From an uncultured Pseudomonadota bacterium (GTDB lineage: Bacteria; Myxococcota_A; Polyangia; Fen-1088): DNA of 64,000 nucleotides. Positions within the stretch are counted from its first letter, which is position 1, and every line of letters begins with the position of its first letter. Below the pieces are notes generated by a model that saw only the letters and a program-made list of their open reading frames with translations, did not search any database and had not been told where the DNA came from. Below, in pieces: positions 35,137 to 44,030 of the stretch. The position numbers were made by a program, and so were the translations under genes. The DNA is taken from positions 192,001-256,000 of the forward strand of contig CAWKBC010000034.1 in the NCBI GenBank assembly GCA_963847705.1, in the 5' to 3' direction.

Positions 35137-36951
35137 TTAGAACCAGATGATCGCGGCGATCTGCGCCGCGTTCTTGTCGACGCCCAGGTTGGCCGCGCCC
35201 TGCTGGCTGTTGTAGGGGAACTGCGACCCGCTCATGAACCCGGGCATCGGCACGTCGCCTGCCCCGTAGCCGCTCCCGTAGAAGTACCGCGAGTACTGGA
35301 TCATCACCTGCTCGTGCGTCACGAACGCCGTCCGGAAGATGATCCGCGGCGAGATGACCGAGAACGACTCCGACGAGTTGTCCAGGTTCGGCTCCACCAC
35401 GTCGTACCGCGCCCCCAGGCCCAGCCAGGCCAGCGGCACGTACGTCCACTCCGTCCCGAACTTCAGCTTGTTCAGCGAGAACTGCGGGTTCATCGGCGCG
35501 TCCACGTGATTGAACATCCCGAACACCGTCCCGATCAGATCCGGTCCGTCACCCCAGAACGCCTGCGGGTAGTGGAACAGCTGCCCGAAGCTGAAGCTGT
35601 ACTGCAGCTCCACGCTGTCGATCGACCCCGTCACCGGATCGACGCCGCCCGGCGCGCCGAAGTAGTTGTCGTGCAGCTGCCAGCCCCCGAACGAGTGCAG
35701 CACCTCGATGGCGTCCGCCAGATAGAGCGCGTTCGTCGCCGCCAGGTGCGAGTACCCGATGTACCCGTCCCCCAGGACGCCGCCCAGGAGCTTGATGTCC
35801 GCGCCGTAGATGGCGATGCTCGGCTTCGGGTCCGACGGCAGCCGCGCCGGCGACTTCGGGTTGGGCATCCCGTTGACGATGCCGGTGGTCCCGTCCCACG
35901 AGGGATTGGTCCCCCCCGAGTACGACCCCGCCCGTTCGTCGTCGTTCGCGAACACGTAGATGTAGTGCGCCCCGATGATCACCTCTTTCTTGAACACCGC
36001 GCCGACGTGCCCGTGCGCCACGAACGTCGACTCCTGCGGCACCGGCCCCGGATACGGGTCCCAGGCCGGCAGATTCTCGTTCGCGCTCACGCTCGCCGTA
36101 TTTCCTGCCGGCGGACCGTAGAACGGGATCGGCTCCAGCTTGCCGCCGAACCCCTCCTCGACCTCGAAGGTCCAGTCGTCGACGTCATAGTCGTACGTCG
36201 CCGTCTCGCCCGCCGTGTGCGTCCGACCGAACAGGTATGTCTCGTACCGGCCCGCGTCGTAACGACCGGCCGCGCCGTAGCGGTTGGTGTACGCCCCGGC
36301 GATCAGCGTCAGCCGCGCGTTCTCGCTCACGAACTCCGGCCAGGTCATCGAGAGGAACGCCTCGTTGATCCCCAGGTTCGACTCCAGCCGCCGGTAGCCC
36401 GAGTCGGTGATGTTGTAGGAGGCGATCTGCACCGTCGCCTTCACCCGGTCGTTGCCGTAGTGGAAGTTCAGCTCGGTCCAGGGGCCGACCATGCTGTTCG
36501 TGTAGCGCCAGTCGATGTAGTTGGCGTCCGGCACCAGCGGCGGCGTCCGCAACTGCGTCCCCGCGTTCCCGGGCGCGAACGGGTTCTGCGTCGTCGGCGG
36601 CCCCCACGAAAAGCGCAGCGGCGCCCGGAAGTACCCGGTCACGTCGAACTTCCACTCGCCGGTCGCCGGCTCCTCGGGCGCGGCCGGCGCCGACTCCGTC
36701 GTGGTGTTCGCCAGGCCCCCCACCTGCGGCGCCTCCGGGCTGAGCCCCAGCGCCGGCGCGCTGCCGCCCTTCTTCTTCGGCGCCGCCGCCGGTGCCGCGG
36801 CGGGCGCCGCGGGCGTCACCTCCGGCGCTGCAGCAGCGGCCGGCGCCTCTTGGGCGAAGACCGACGACGAGAGAGGGGGAACCGCCAGCAGGAGACTCGT
36901 CAAAGCGATCGACCGACCGACCGGTCGAATCAAGGACACCAGGTTTCTCAT
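35137..36951 (-). CDS. Predicted outer-membrane beta-barrel protein (putative porin or receptor)
   Basis: Signal peptide ending VFA, Ala/Pro linker, many aromatic amphipathic strands, C-terminal IIWF. Confidence 0.75.
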   Translation of the reverse strand: MRNLVSLIRPVGRSIALTSLLLAVPPLSSSVFAQEAPAAAAAPEVTPAAPAAAPAAAPKKKGGSAPALGLSPEAPQVGGLANTTTESAPAAPEEPATGEWKFDVTGYFRAPLRFSWGPPTTQNPFAPGNAGTQLRTPPLVPDANYIDWRYTNSMVGPWTELNFHYGNDRVKATVQIASYNITDSGYRRLESNLGINEAFLSMTWPEFVSENARLTLIAGAYTNRYGAAGRYDAGRYETYLFGRTHTAGETATYDYDVDDWTFEVEEGFGGKLEPIPFYGPPAGNTASVSANENLPAWDPYPGPVPQESTFVAHGHVGAVFKKEVIIGAHYIYVFANDDERAGSYSGGTNPSWDGTTGIVNGMPNPKSPARLPSDPKPSIAIYGADIKLLGGVLGDGYIGYSHLAATNALYLADAIEVLHSFGGWQLHDNYFGAPGGVDPVTGSIDSVELQYSFSFGQLFHYPQAFWGDGPDLIGTVFGMFNHVDAPMNPQFSLNKLKFGTEWTYVPLAWLGLGARYDVVEPNLDNSSESFSVISPRIIFRTAFVTHEQVMIQYSRYFYGSGYGAGDVPMPGFMSGSQFPYNSQQGAANLGVDKNAAQIAAIIWF

Positions 36952-36964
36952 CGTCCGTGACCCC

Positions 36965-36980
36965 AGCAACGGTCGCGCCA
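36965..36980 (-). promoter_or_regulatory. sigma54 (-24/-12) promoter, leftward
   Basis: Minus strand reads TGGCGC-GACCG-TTGCT. Confidence 0.65.
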
Positions 36981-37028
36981 ACGTGGCTCCTGCCCGAAAC
37001 AGGCCTCCCCGGCTTCCTGGACGGGGTC

Positions 37029-37061
37029 CCGGACGTCCGCCGGACGTCCGCCGGACGTCCG
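37029..37061. promoter_or_regulatory. Triple 11-bp repeat of the palindrome CGGACGTCCG; candidate enhancer (UAS)
   Basis: (CCGGACGTCCG)x3 midway between two divergent sigma54 promoters. Confidence 0.5.
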
Positions 37062-37099
37062 AACGGCGAGGAACTGCGCCCGAAACCACCGGGTCGCGG

Positions 37100-37115
37100 T
37101 GGCACCGAGGTTGCT
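37100..37115 (+). promoter_or_regulatory. sigma54 (-24/-12) promoter, rightward
   Basis: TGGCAC-CGAGG-TTGCT, an exact match to TGGCAC-N5-TTGCW. Confidence 0.8.
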
Positions 37116-37203
37116 GACACCGAGGTCGCACGAGCGAATCGCCAACACCAGACAGGTAGGAGCCGGCGATGCGACGAACACGTATGATGGCTGGAAATGG
37201 CCG

Positions 37204-38358
37204 ATGGTCGCTAGGCGGAGGGGGCTGAGAAGCACGGCGCTGCTCGCCGGGCTGTTGGCGCTCGGCGCGGCGCGGATCGGGCACGCCGACGATCCGCGGG
37301 GCGAGGCGCGCGCCCACTACGCCAGGGGGGTGGAGCTCACCGGCCAGAATGGGTACGAGGAGGCGCTGCGCGAATTCAACGCGGCGTACGCCATCAGCCC
37401 GCAGTTCGCCGTGCTCTACAACATCGGCCAGGCGCACATCGCGCTCGGGCACACCGTGGAGGCGATCGAGGCGCTCACGCGATATCTGCGCGACGGCGGC
37501 GATCGGATCTCGCCCACCCGCCGCACGCAGGTGGAGCGACAGATCGCCGGGCTGCGCTCCACCCTGCCCAACCCGGAGGGGACGTCCGAGGCCGAGGCCG
37601 CGCGGGCGAACGCGGCCGCGGCGGCGGCGGCCGCCGGCGAGGCGATCGAGGCGGCATCCGAGGGCTCGCGCGCCGCCAGCGTCGCCCACCCGGGAACGTT
37701 GACCATCCGCTGCCCGGAGCCCGGCCTCAAGCTCTCGCTCGACGGCAAGCGGATCGATCTGGCCACCTCGAGCCGCGGCGTGGCCCTGCCAGGAGGGGTG
37801 CATCATCTCGTTCTGTCCGCCCCCGGACGGCGCTCCGTGGAAGAGAGCCTGGAGATCGCGGAGGGGGGCGTCGCTCTGGTCGTCTGCGAAAATCTCCCGG
37901 CGGCCACGGCCTCACCGGCCATCGTGCCGTTGCAACCAATCGGCCCGCCGGTGTTTGCCGCCGTCCCCACCAGCGCCGAGACGCCGACGATCCACGCGAG
38001 GACCGTGGCCTACCTCCTGGGCGGCCTCGGCGTGGCGCTCGGAGGAACCGCCATCGGCGTCTACTTCTGGAACCGCGCGCAGTACCACGATGTGCAGGCG
38101 GAGGGGAAAGGCCTCACCCCGATTCCGCCGCCGAACCAATACGAGCAGGCCGTCCAGTACAACGCGGATGTCGACGCGCTCCACCGCAACAGCGTTCTCA
38201 CCGTGGGGCTCGCGGTGACGAGCATCTGCCTGCTCGCCGGCGGCGCCTATCTTTATCTCCACGAGCGAAGACACGACTCCCGGACGGGACAGGCCGACGC
38301 CTCGGGGAGCTGGGCCTCGGTCACGCCGGGCGGCGTCTTCTGGAACGCCGTTTGGTGA
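37204..38358 (+). CDS. Secreted TPR + PEGA-like protein with hydrophobic C-terminal segments
   Basis: Signal peptide; TPR (ARAHYARG...ALREFNAAY...LYNIGQAH); PEGA-like GTLTIRCPEPGLKLSLDG...GGVHHLVLSAPG; ends GGVFWNAVW. Confidence 0.8.
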   Translation: MVARRRGLRSTALLAGLLALGAARIGHADDPRGEARAHYARGVELTGQNGYEEALREFNAAYAISPQFAVLYNIGQAHIALGHTVEAIEALTRYLRDGGDRISPTRRTQVERQIAGLRSTLPNPEGTSEAEAARANAAAAAAAAGEAIEAASEGSRAASVAHPGTLTIRCPEPGLKLSLDGKRIDLATSSRGVALPGGVHHLVLSAPGRRSVEESLEIAEGGVALVVCENLPAATASPAIVPLQPIGPPVFAAVPTSAETPTIHARTVAYLLGGLGVALGGTAIGVYFWNRAQYHDVQAEGKGLTPIPPPNQYEQAVQYNADVDALHRNSVLTVGLAVTSICLLAGGAYLYLHERRHDSRTGQADASGSWASVTPGGVFWNAVW

Positions 38359-39098
38359 CAACCGTGCGTCGCACAACCTCGAGCTCGATTCGGTTCGCGC
38401 TGCTCTCGGCGGCGCTGCTCTCGCCCGCCTGCTTCAGCCTGCCGAAAGCCGACGTCAGCACCCACGTGATCGCCGACTTCGAGGAGGACGCCGGCGCTGG
38501 CCTCCTCCCCACCTGGAGCGCGTTCACAAAATGGACCTGCAGCGCTTTCGCCATCCGCGATCAAAGCACCGGTGACGCCGGGGCCGATGGTGGATCCCTC
38601 ACCGACGCCGGTCAGCCCCCGAGCGTCGACGGGGGTCCGCCCCTGGCGTGCATCTTGGGCCCCGGCGACGGCAACCCACACGGGCTGGCGGCGACCTTCG
38701 ACCTGGCCCCACCGAGCAGCACCTTGGGCGTCGCCGTCACCACCGAGACAATGTCCGGAACGGTCGACTTCACCGGCTTCAAGACCTTCCAGTTCGACGC
38801 CAGACTGTATCCGGCCACCAAGGTCCCGCCGGGGACGCAGCTGGAAGTCGAGCTCGGCTGTGCCACGAACACGACAGACGTCGTCGCCTCCCAGATCGCC
38901 GTCATTACCGTGGGGGCACCAATCTGGGCTCCAATCGCTCTTCCTCTGGCCGGCTTTCAGGTCACGCCCAGCTCGCAGAGCCGAACCTCTTGCCTGAGCA
39001 CGGTCGACCGATTGAGCTTCGTCGTCCTTCTCCCCGCGGGGGCAGACCCAATCGCCGGCACGTTGCAGCTCGACAACATCGAGCTGACCAACGACTAG
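38352..39098 (+). CDS. Lipoprotein with a galactose-binding-like/CBM-like fold
   Basis: Lipobox SPAC; VIADFEE, VDFTGFKTFQF, W..I.LPL..F, LQLDNIEL; overlaps the upstream stop. Confidence 0.65.
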   Translation: MVTTVRRTTSSSIRFALLSAALLSPACFSLPKADVSTHVIADFEEDAGAGLLPTWSAFTKWTCSAFAIRDQSTGDAGADGGSLTDAGQPPSVDGGPPLACILGPGDGNPHGLAATFDLAPPSSTLGVAVTTETMSGTVDFTGFKTFQFDARLYPATKVPPGTQLEVELGCATNTTDVVASQIAVITVGAPIWAPIALPLAGFQVTPSSQSRTSCLSTVDRLSFVVLLPAGADPIAGTLQLDNIELTND

Positions 39099-39102
39099 CC
39101 AC

Positions 39103-40494
39103 TCACTCGTAGGGGTTCTGGGGATCGAACGTGGCGGGGGGGACGGACGGCTTGCCGGCGGCCGCCGCCGGCGCAGCGGAAGAGGCGGCCGAGGTGGGCG
39201 CCGGCCGCGCCGGGTGTCGCCGCGGGGGATGAGCCGCGGCGGATCCGCCCGCGCCCGCGAGCGGGTGAAGGGGCGGGGCGGCGTTCAGCGCGGGCGCCAC
39301 ATTCGTGGTGAGCGCTCCGGGCGCCGGCACCGACGGTTGCTCACGCGACGCGAGCGGTGGCTTCGCTGCCGGAGCGTCCGCCTCGTGCGACACCACCAGC
39401 GGCTTCTGTCGGCCCAGGCCCAGCGCCGCGAGAGCCCCCGCGACCGCGAGCGCCGACGCGCCGACGATGAGCCCGATACGACCGGGACGCCAACGCCGCG
39501 GTGCCCGGCTGGCCGGTTCGACGGCGCCCACGCTCCCGCGCGTCTCGCCGCCGATCGGCGAGGGAGGCGTCGACGAGAGGCGCGCCGCGCCCGAGTCGTC
39601 GAGCTTGGGGGCCGGCCAGACCTCGCGCCTGACGAAGGGCGCGAGCGCCTCCACCAGCGCCCCGGCCGACGCCGGACGCGCCGCCGGCTCGGGGGCCAGC
39701 GCGCCGGCGACGATCGCCAGAAAGCCGACGGGCAGGTCGGCCACGACGGACTCCAGCGGCACCGCCGGCTGCGTGGCGATGTGGTGAAGGATGGCGTTGT
39801 GCGATTCGCCGGGGTGCGGTTTCCGCCCCGAGCAGAGCTCGTAGAGGATCGCCCCCAGCGCGTAGACGTCCGAGCGCTGGTCGACGACCTTGTCGCCACG
39901 CGCCTGCTCCGGGGACATGTACGCCACGGTCCCGACCACCGCGCCGGTCCGCGTCGCCGCGTTCAGCTCGTCGATCGTCTGCAGCTTGGCGACCCCGAAG
40001 TCGAGCACCTTCAGCAGATCGGTCCCGTCCTGCCGCCGGCAGACGAACAGGTTCTGCGGCTTGAGGTCGCGGTGGATGATCCCCGCGGCGTGCGCGACCT
40101 CCATCCCGCGGCCGGCCTGCGACACCAGATCGGCGGCGCGTCCGACGGGCAGGGTCCCTTCGCGCCCCAGGAGCGCCGTCAAGCTCTCGCCGACCAGGTA
40201 CTCCATCACGATGTAGGGCGCGCCGTCCTCGGCGATGCCGAAGTCGACCGCCGCCGCCACGTGCTCGCTCTCCAGGGCGCCGGCCGCCTCGGCCTCGCGC
40301 TGGAACCGCGTCAGGATGTCCCGCCGCTCGGCGAGATCGCGACGCATGAACTTCACCGCGAAGCGGCGCCGCACGACCGTGTGCTGCGCCTCGTACACCA
40401 CGCCCATCCCCCCTTGAGCCAGCAGGCGAACGATCCGGTACTTGGCCCCGACGAGCTCTCCCACCCGCGCGACCGCCACCGAGCCGCTGGTCAT
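39103..40494 (-). CDS. Membrane Ser/Thr protein kinase
   Basis: GGMG, AVK, HRDLKPQN, DFG, GTVAYMSPE; one TM; Pro/Ala-rich tail ending DPQNPYE. Confidence 0.93.
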   Translation of the reverse strand: MTSGSVAVARVGELVGAKYRIVRLLAQGGMGVVYEAQHTVVRRRFAVKFMRRDLAERRDILTRFQREAEAAGALESEHVAAAVDFGIAEDGAPYIVMEYLVGESLTALLGREGTLPVGRAADLVSQAGRGMEVAHAAGIIHRDLKPQNLFVCRRQDGTDLLKVLDFGVAKLQTIDELNAATRTGAVVGTVAYMSPEQARGDKVVDQRSDVYALGAILYELCSGRKPHPGESHNAILHHIATQPAVPLESVVADLPVGFLAIVAGALAPEPAARPASAGALVEALAPFVRREVWPAPKLDDSGAARLSSTPPSPIGGETRGSVGAVEPASRAPRRWRPGRIGLIVGASALAVAGALAALGLGRQKPLVVSHEADAPAAKPPLASREQPSVPAPGALTTNVAPALNAAPPLHPLAGAGGSAAAHPPRRHPARPAPTSAASSAAPAAAAGKPSVPPATFDPQNPYE

Positions 40495-41927
40495 TCTCGC
40501 CGCTCGTCCGCCTTGCGGAGCGCCTCCAGGTCGACGGCCTGCCCCTCCATCAAACGATAGGCGCGCTGGCGGCTGATTCCCAGCATGGCGGCGGCGCGCG
40601 CCACGTTGCCCCCCGAGGCCCGCAGGGCAACGACGAGCGCCGGCAGCTCGACCGGCTCGGGTGACCCACCCGGCGCCGGGCGCTCGGCGCCGGATGACCT
40701 GGCGACCAGCTCGGGCGGAGACGACGCGCTCGAGCTGCCGGCGCTCCCGGCGCTCCCTGCTTGGCCGGCGATCCGTTCCGGCAGATGCTGCGCGCGCAGC
40801 GTGACGTCGCTACCGTGCAGGGTCACCAGGCGCTTGGCCAGCAGCACCAGCTCGCGCACGTTGAAGGGCCAGTCGTGCATGCAGAGCCGCTCCGCGAAGT
40901 CGCTCTCCATCGCGGGGACACGCCCCTGCCCGATCTCCTCCAGGAGGCGCGAGAAGAGAGGCAGCACGTCCTCGCGGCGCTTGCGCAGCGGCGGCAGGCG
41001 GACGGTCAGCCCGTCGAGGCGCGCCAGCAGATCGGCCCGAAAGCGCCCCGCCCGCACCGCCTCGATGAGCGGCTGCTGGCCGGCGACCACCACGCGCACG
41101 TCGATCGGGACCGGGTGAACCTCGCCGAGCGGCTGCACCTCGCGCTCCTCGAGGACGCGCAGCAGCTTGGCCTGGAGCCCGAGCGGCAGGTCCGAGACCT
41201 CGTCGAGCAGCAGGGTTCCCCCCTGCGCGCCCCGAAAAAACCCGGCGCTGGCCCGATCCGCGCCTGTGAAGGCGCCGCGGCGATAGCCGAACAGCTCCCC
41301 CTCGGCCAGCCCCTCGGGGAGCGCCGCGCAGTTGACGGCGGACAGCGGCCCCGACCGGCCGCTCCAGCGGTGGAGCGCCCGGGCCGCCAGCTCCTTGCCG
41401 GTCCCGGTCTCCCCCTCGAGGACGATCGGCAGGTCGCTGACCGCCGCCGTGCGCAGCGGCGCCAGCGCCGCTTGCAGCATGGCGCCGCCCCAGAGGCCGG
41501 GCGCGATCTGCGTGAATTCACCGCCGCTGGCCGCCACCACGCCGACCCAGCCGCCGAGACGCACGACGTCGCCCACGCCGAGCTGCGCCTCCGAGACCGG
41601 GCGGCCGTTCACGCGGACACCGTTGCGGCTGCCCAGGTCGGCGATGCGCACGCCCGAACCGGGCGAACCGGGCGAACCGAGCTCGACGTGCAAGATCGCG
41701 TGCCTCCGCGAGACATCGTTGCCCGTCAGGCAGACGTCCGAGGCCTCGTCCCGTCCGATCGTCAGCTCGCGCTTGCGCTCTCCGTGCAGCGCGACCGGCG
41801 CGCTCGAGCGAGGAAATAGCCAGACCAACGCGGCTTCCTGGGAGTCCACGCTCGCGGCCGAGGCCGCCTCGGTAACCGTCGTGTTACCCCCGCCCGAGCT
41901 CATTGGTGGCCGATCCATTGATAACAC
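40491..41927 (-). CDS. FHA-domain sigma54-dependent transcriptional activator (bEBP)
   Basis: FHA (IGR, VSRRHA, SRNG), GETGTGKE, GAFTGA, LLLDE, WPFNVREL, Fis HTH; ATGA overlap with the kinase. Confidence 0.92.
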   Translation of the reverse strand: MLSMDRPPMSSGGGNTTVTEAASAASVDSQEAALVWLFPRSSAPVALHGERKRELTIGRDEASDVCLTGNDVSRRHAILHVELGSPGSPGSGVRIADLGSRNGVRVNGRPVSEAQLGVGDVVRLGGWVGVVAASGGEFTQIAPGLWGGAMLQAALAPLRTAAVSDLPIVLEGETGTGKELAARALHRWSGRSGPLSAVNCAALPEGLAEGELFGYRRGAFTGADRASAGFFRGAQGGTLLLDEVSDLPLGLQAKLLRVLEEREVQPLGEVHPVPIDVRVVVAGQQPLIEAVRAGRFRADLLARLDGLTVRLPPLRKRREDVLPLFSRLLEEIGQGRVPAMESDFAERLCMHDWPFNVRELVLLAKRLVTLHGSDVTLRAQHLPERIAGQAGSAGSAGSSSASSPPELVARSSGAERPAPGGSPEPVELPALVVALRASGGNVARAAAMLGISRQRAYRLMEGQAVDLEALRKADERRE

Positions 41928-42037
41928 GGCCCGGCCTCGGGGCGGCGAAAGAGCGGTCCCCGCCCGGAGCCGCCAGCCACCTGCGGCACCTGGGGGCTCC
42001 CGCGGCGTGCGGGGAGCAGCGCTGCGCGGCGGTCAGG

Positions 42038-42655
42038 TCAGGAGGCGCGGCGGAAGGTGAACGGCCGCTCGACGCGGACCGCCCCGCCGCGGGGCTGGGC
42101 GAATGACCAGCGGCTCATCGCCGCCTTCACGCAGTCCATGAGCTCGAGGTCGACCGGCGTGGCAGCCACCACCTCCGTCGGGCCGGTCAGACCAGAAGGC
42201 TCGATGGTCCAGCGCAGCAGCAGCTCGTCGGCGACCACCTTGGACAGCGCAACCCGCTTGGCGCGCGCCACGTCGACCCTGCAGTTCTCGATCGTTTCGA
42301 AGTTGGCCTGGATGTCCTGGGCCAGCCGCACCGGATCGGTGGTCCCCTCCAGCGGCCGGGGCGGTGGGGCGTCCGCGATGTCGGCCGCCACCGGCTTGAT
42401 CGACTTCTCGCTGTTGCCAGCCCACTGCAGCTCGGCCGGAACGGGCGTCGGCCCGGGCGTCGTGGCCGACTCGGGCACGACGCCGACCTTCCCCGTCTCG
42501 TACAGCGAGGGGCCCGAGACCAGGTTCGCGGGCGACAGCTGATCCGCAGCAGCGGGCGAGATTGCCGCCGGCTGGGCTTGCGCCGGTGTCACGAGCCCGA
42601 ACACCAGCACCAGCGGCGCCCCAAACTTCGAGCAGACGACACGGCCGAGCTTCAT
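42038..42655 (-). CDS. Secreted protein with a TonB-C-like (AgmX/PglI-type) C-terminal domain
   Basis: Signal peptide; IENC...WTIEPSG...MDCVKAAMSRWSF..PRGG.V....PFTF. Confidence 0.7.
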   Translation of the reverse strand: MKLGRVVCSKFGAPLVLVFGLVTPAQAQPAAISPAAADQLSPANLVSGPSLYETGKVGVVPESATTPGPTPVPAELQWAGNSEKSIKPVAADIADAPPPRPLEGTTDPVRLAQDIQANFETIENCRVDVARAKRVALSKVVADELLLRWTIEPSGLTGPTEVVAATPVDLELMDCVKAAMSRWSFAQPRGGAVRVERPFTFRRAS

Positions 42656-42742
42656 GACGACCTTTCCGACCGAGCTCCTGTAACGATGATCCTGACAGCA
42701 ACCTGTCCATCGCCCGGCGCTGAACAAGGGCGACCGCAGCCG

Positions 42743-43963
42743 TCAATACTTAAACCAGCGCATCTCGGGCGGACCGTTGAGGTCGAACAGGAAGCCGAAC
42801 CCGAAGTTGATGAGGCCGTTGGCCTCGATCAGCTGGCGCGGCGGATTGGGAAACGGAGCCGCCTGCTTGAACGCCTCGATCGCCTCGTCGTCGAGAAAAT
42901 CGAGCCCGCTCGGCTGATAGACGGCCACGTTGCCGAGGCGCCCGTCCGGCTTGAGCTGGATGCGGAGCTCGGTGTACCGGTTCCGCTTGCCGTAGATCAT
43001 CCCGGTCGGATCGCGCTGGCGATACGACTCTTCCGGGTGCCAGTGCTCGGCCACCTGGCGCTTGACGCGGTTGAAGAACGAGGCGAACCGCCACTTCTTC
43101 GAGTTGAGCGCCGTCTCCTCGCCGTCGTCGACATTGGCCAGCGCATCCTGCGTCCCCGAGCCGATGGCCCGCGCCAGCTGCTGGTCGGTCGGAACGAGCG
43201 CCAGCCCCGAGCCGCCACGCGCGCCGCCGCCCTGCTTGGGCCGGGCCTCGGCCCCCAGTCCGGAGAAGGCGCCCTGCGGATTGGGGCTCCCTGGATCCAG
43301 CGCGCCGTAGCTCGACCCGGGCCGCCCGGCGCGCGACGGCTCGCCCGTCGCGCCCGTCGCGCCACGCAGGAACCGACCGAGATCGGGGGTTCGCATCGCC
43401 AGCCGGCCGTCTCCCTTCGGCATCGCCGGCTGCGAGGTCGACGCCGTTCCGCTGGCGTCCCCCTGGCGCGCGTTGTCCTCGAAGCGGCCGTATTTCTTGG
43501 TCTCACGCTCGACCGAGCTGTCGTGCTCGGAGACGAACTTGGCGCTGTCGGGGCGCTTCTCCTCGCGCGGCGCCGGGAGGTCGACGATCTGTCCGGGCGG
43601 ATGGACCGATTCTTCTTCCTTGCGGGCCTCTTCGGCCTTGCGCTGCTCTTCCTGCTTCTCGAGATCGGCGACGATCTCGCGGGCCGCGTCGTCGTCGACC
43701 GTGCCGACGTCGATCGATGGACCCTGGTCGCCGCCGGAGAGCCCGCGCGCCAGGTCAGCGCTGCGCGGCGCGTAGAAGTAGAGGCCGATTCCGACGAGCA
43801 GCACGAGCTCGGCGTGCAAGAGCGCCGCGATGGCGAGCCAAAAGCCAATCCGACGGCTGCCGCCTGGCCGACGGCTGCCGCCGCGCCGACCGCTGGTGTG
43901 CGAATCCCTTCGGCCTCTTTCTCCTGGGCCGGGACTCGAATCGCGTTGGCCGGTTACGCGCAT
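42743..43963 (-). CDS. TonB-family energy transducer
   Basis: TM helix with ALLH; C-terminal PSGLDFLDDEAIEAFKQAAPFPNPP. Confidence 0.85.
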   Translation of the reverse strand: MRVTGQRDSSPGPGERGRRDSHTSGRRGGSRRPGGSRRIGFWLAIAALLHAELVLLVGIGLYFYAPRSADLARGLSGGDQGPSIDVGTVDDDAAREIVADLEKQEEQRKAEEARKEEESVHPPGQIVDLPAPREEKRPDSAKFVSEHDSSVERETKKYGRFEDNARQGDASGTASTSQPAMPKGDGRLAMRTPDLGRFLRGATGATGEPSRAGRPGSSYGALDPGSPNPQGAFSGLGAEARPKQGGGARGGSGLALVPTDQQLARAIGSGTQDALANVDDGEETALNSKKWRFASFFNRVKRQVAEHWHPEESYRQRDPTGMIYGKRNRYTELRIQLKPDGRLGNVAVYQPSGLDFLDDEAIEAFKQAAPFPNPPRQLIEANGLINFGFGFLFDLNGPPEMRWFKY

Positions 43964-44030
43964 CTGGCAGGCTCACCCAGCGTCACAAATCTAGCGCCGC
44001 CGCGGCGAGAATACTCATCGATTTTAGAGC

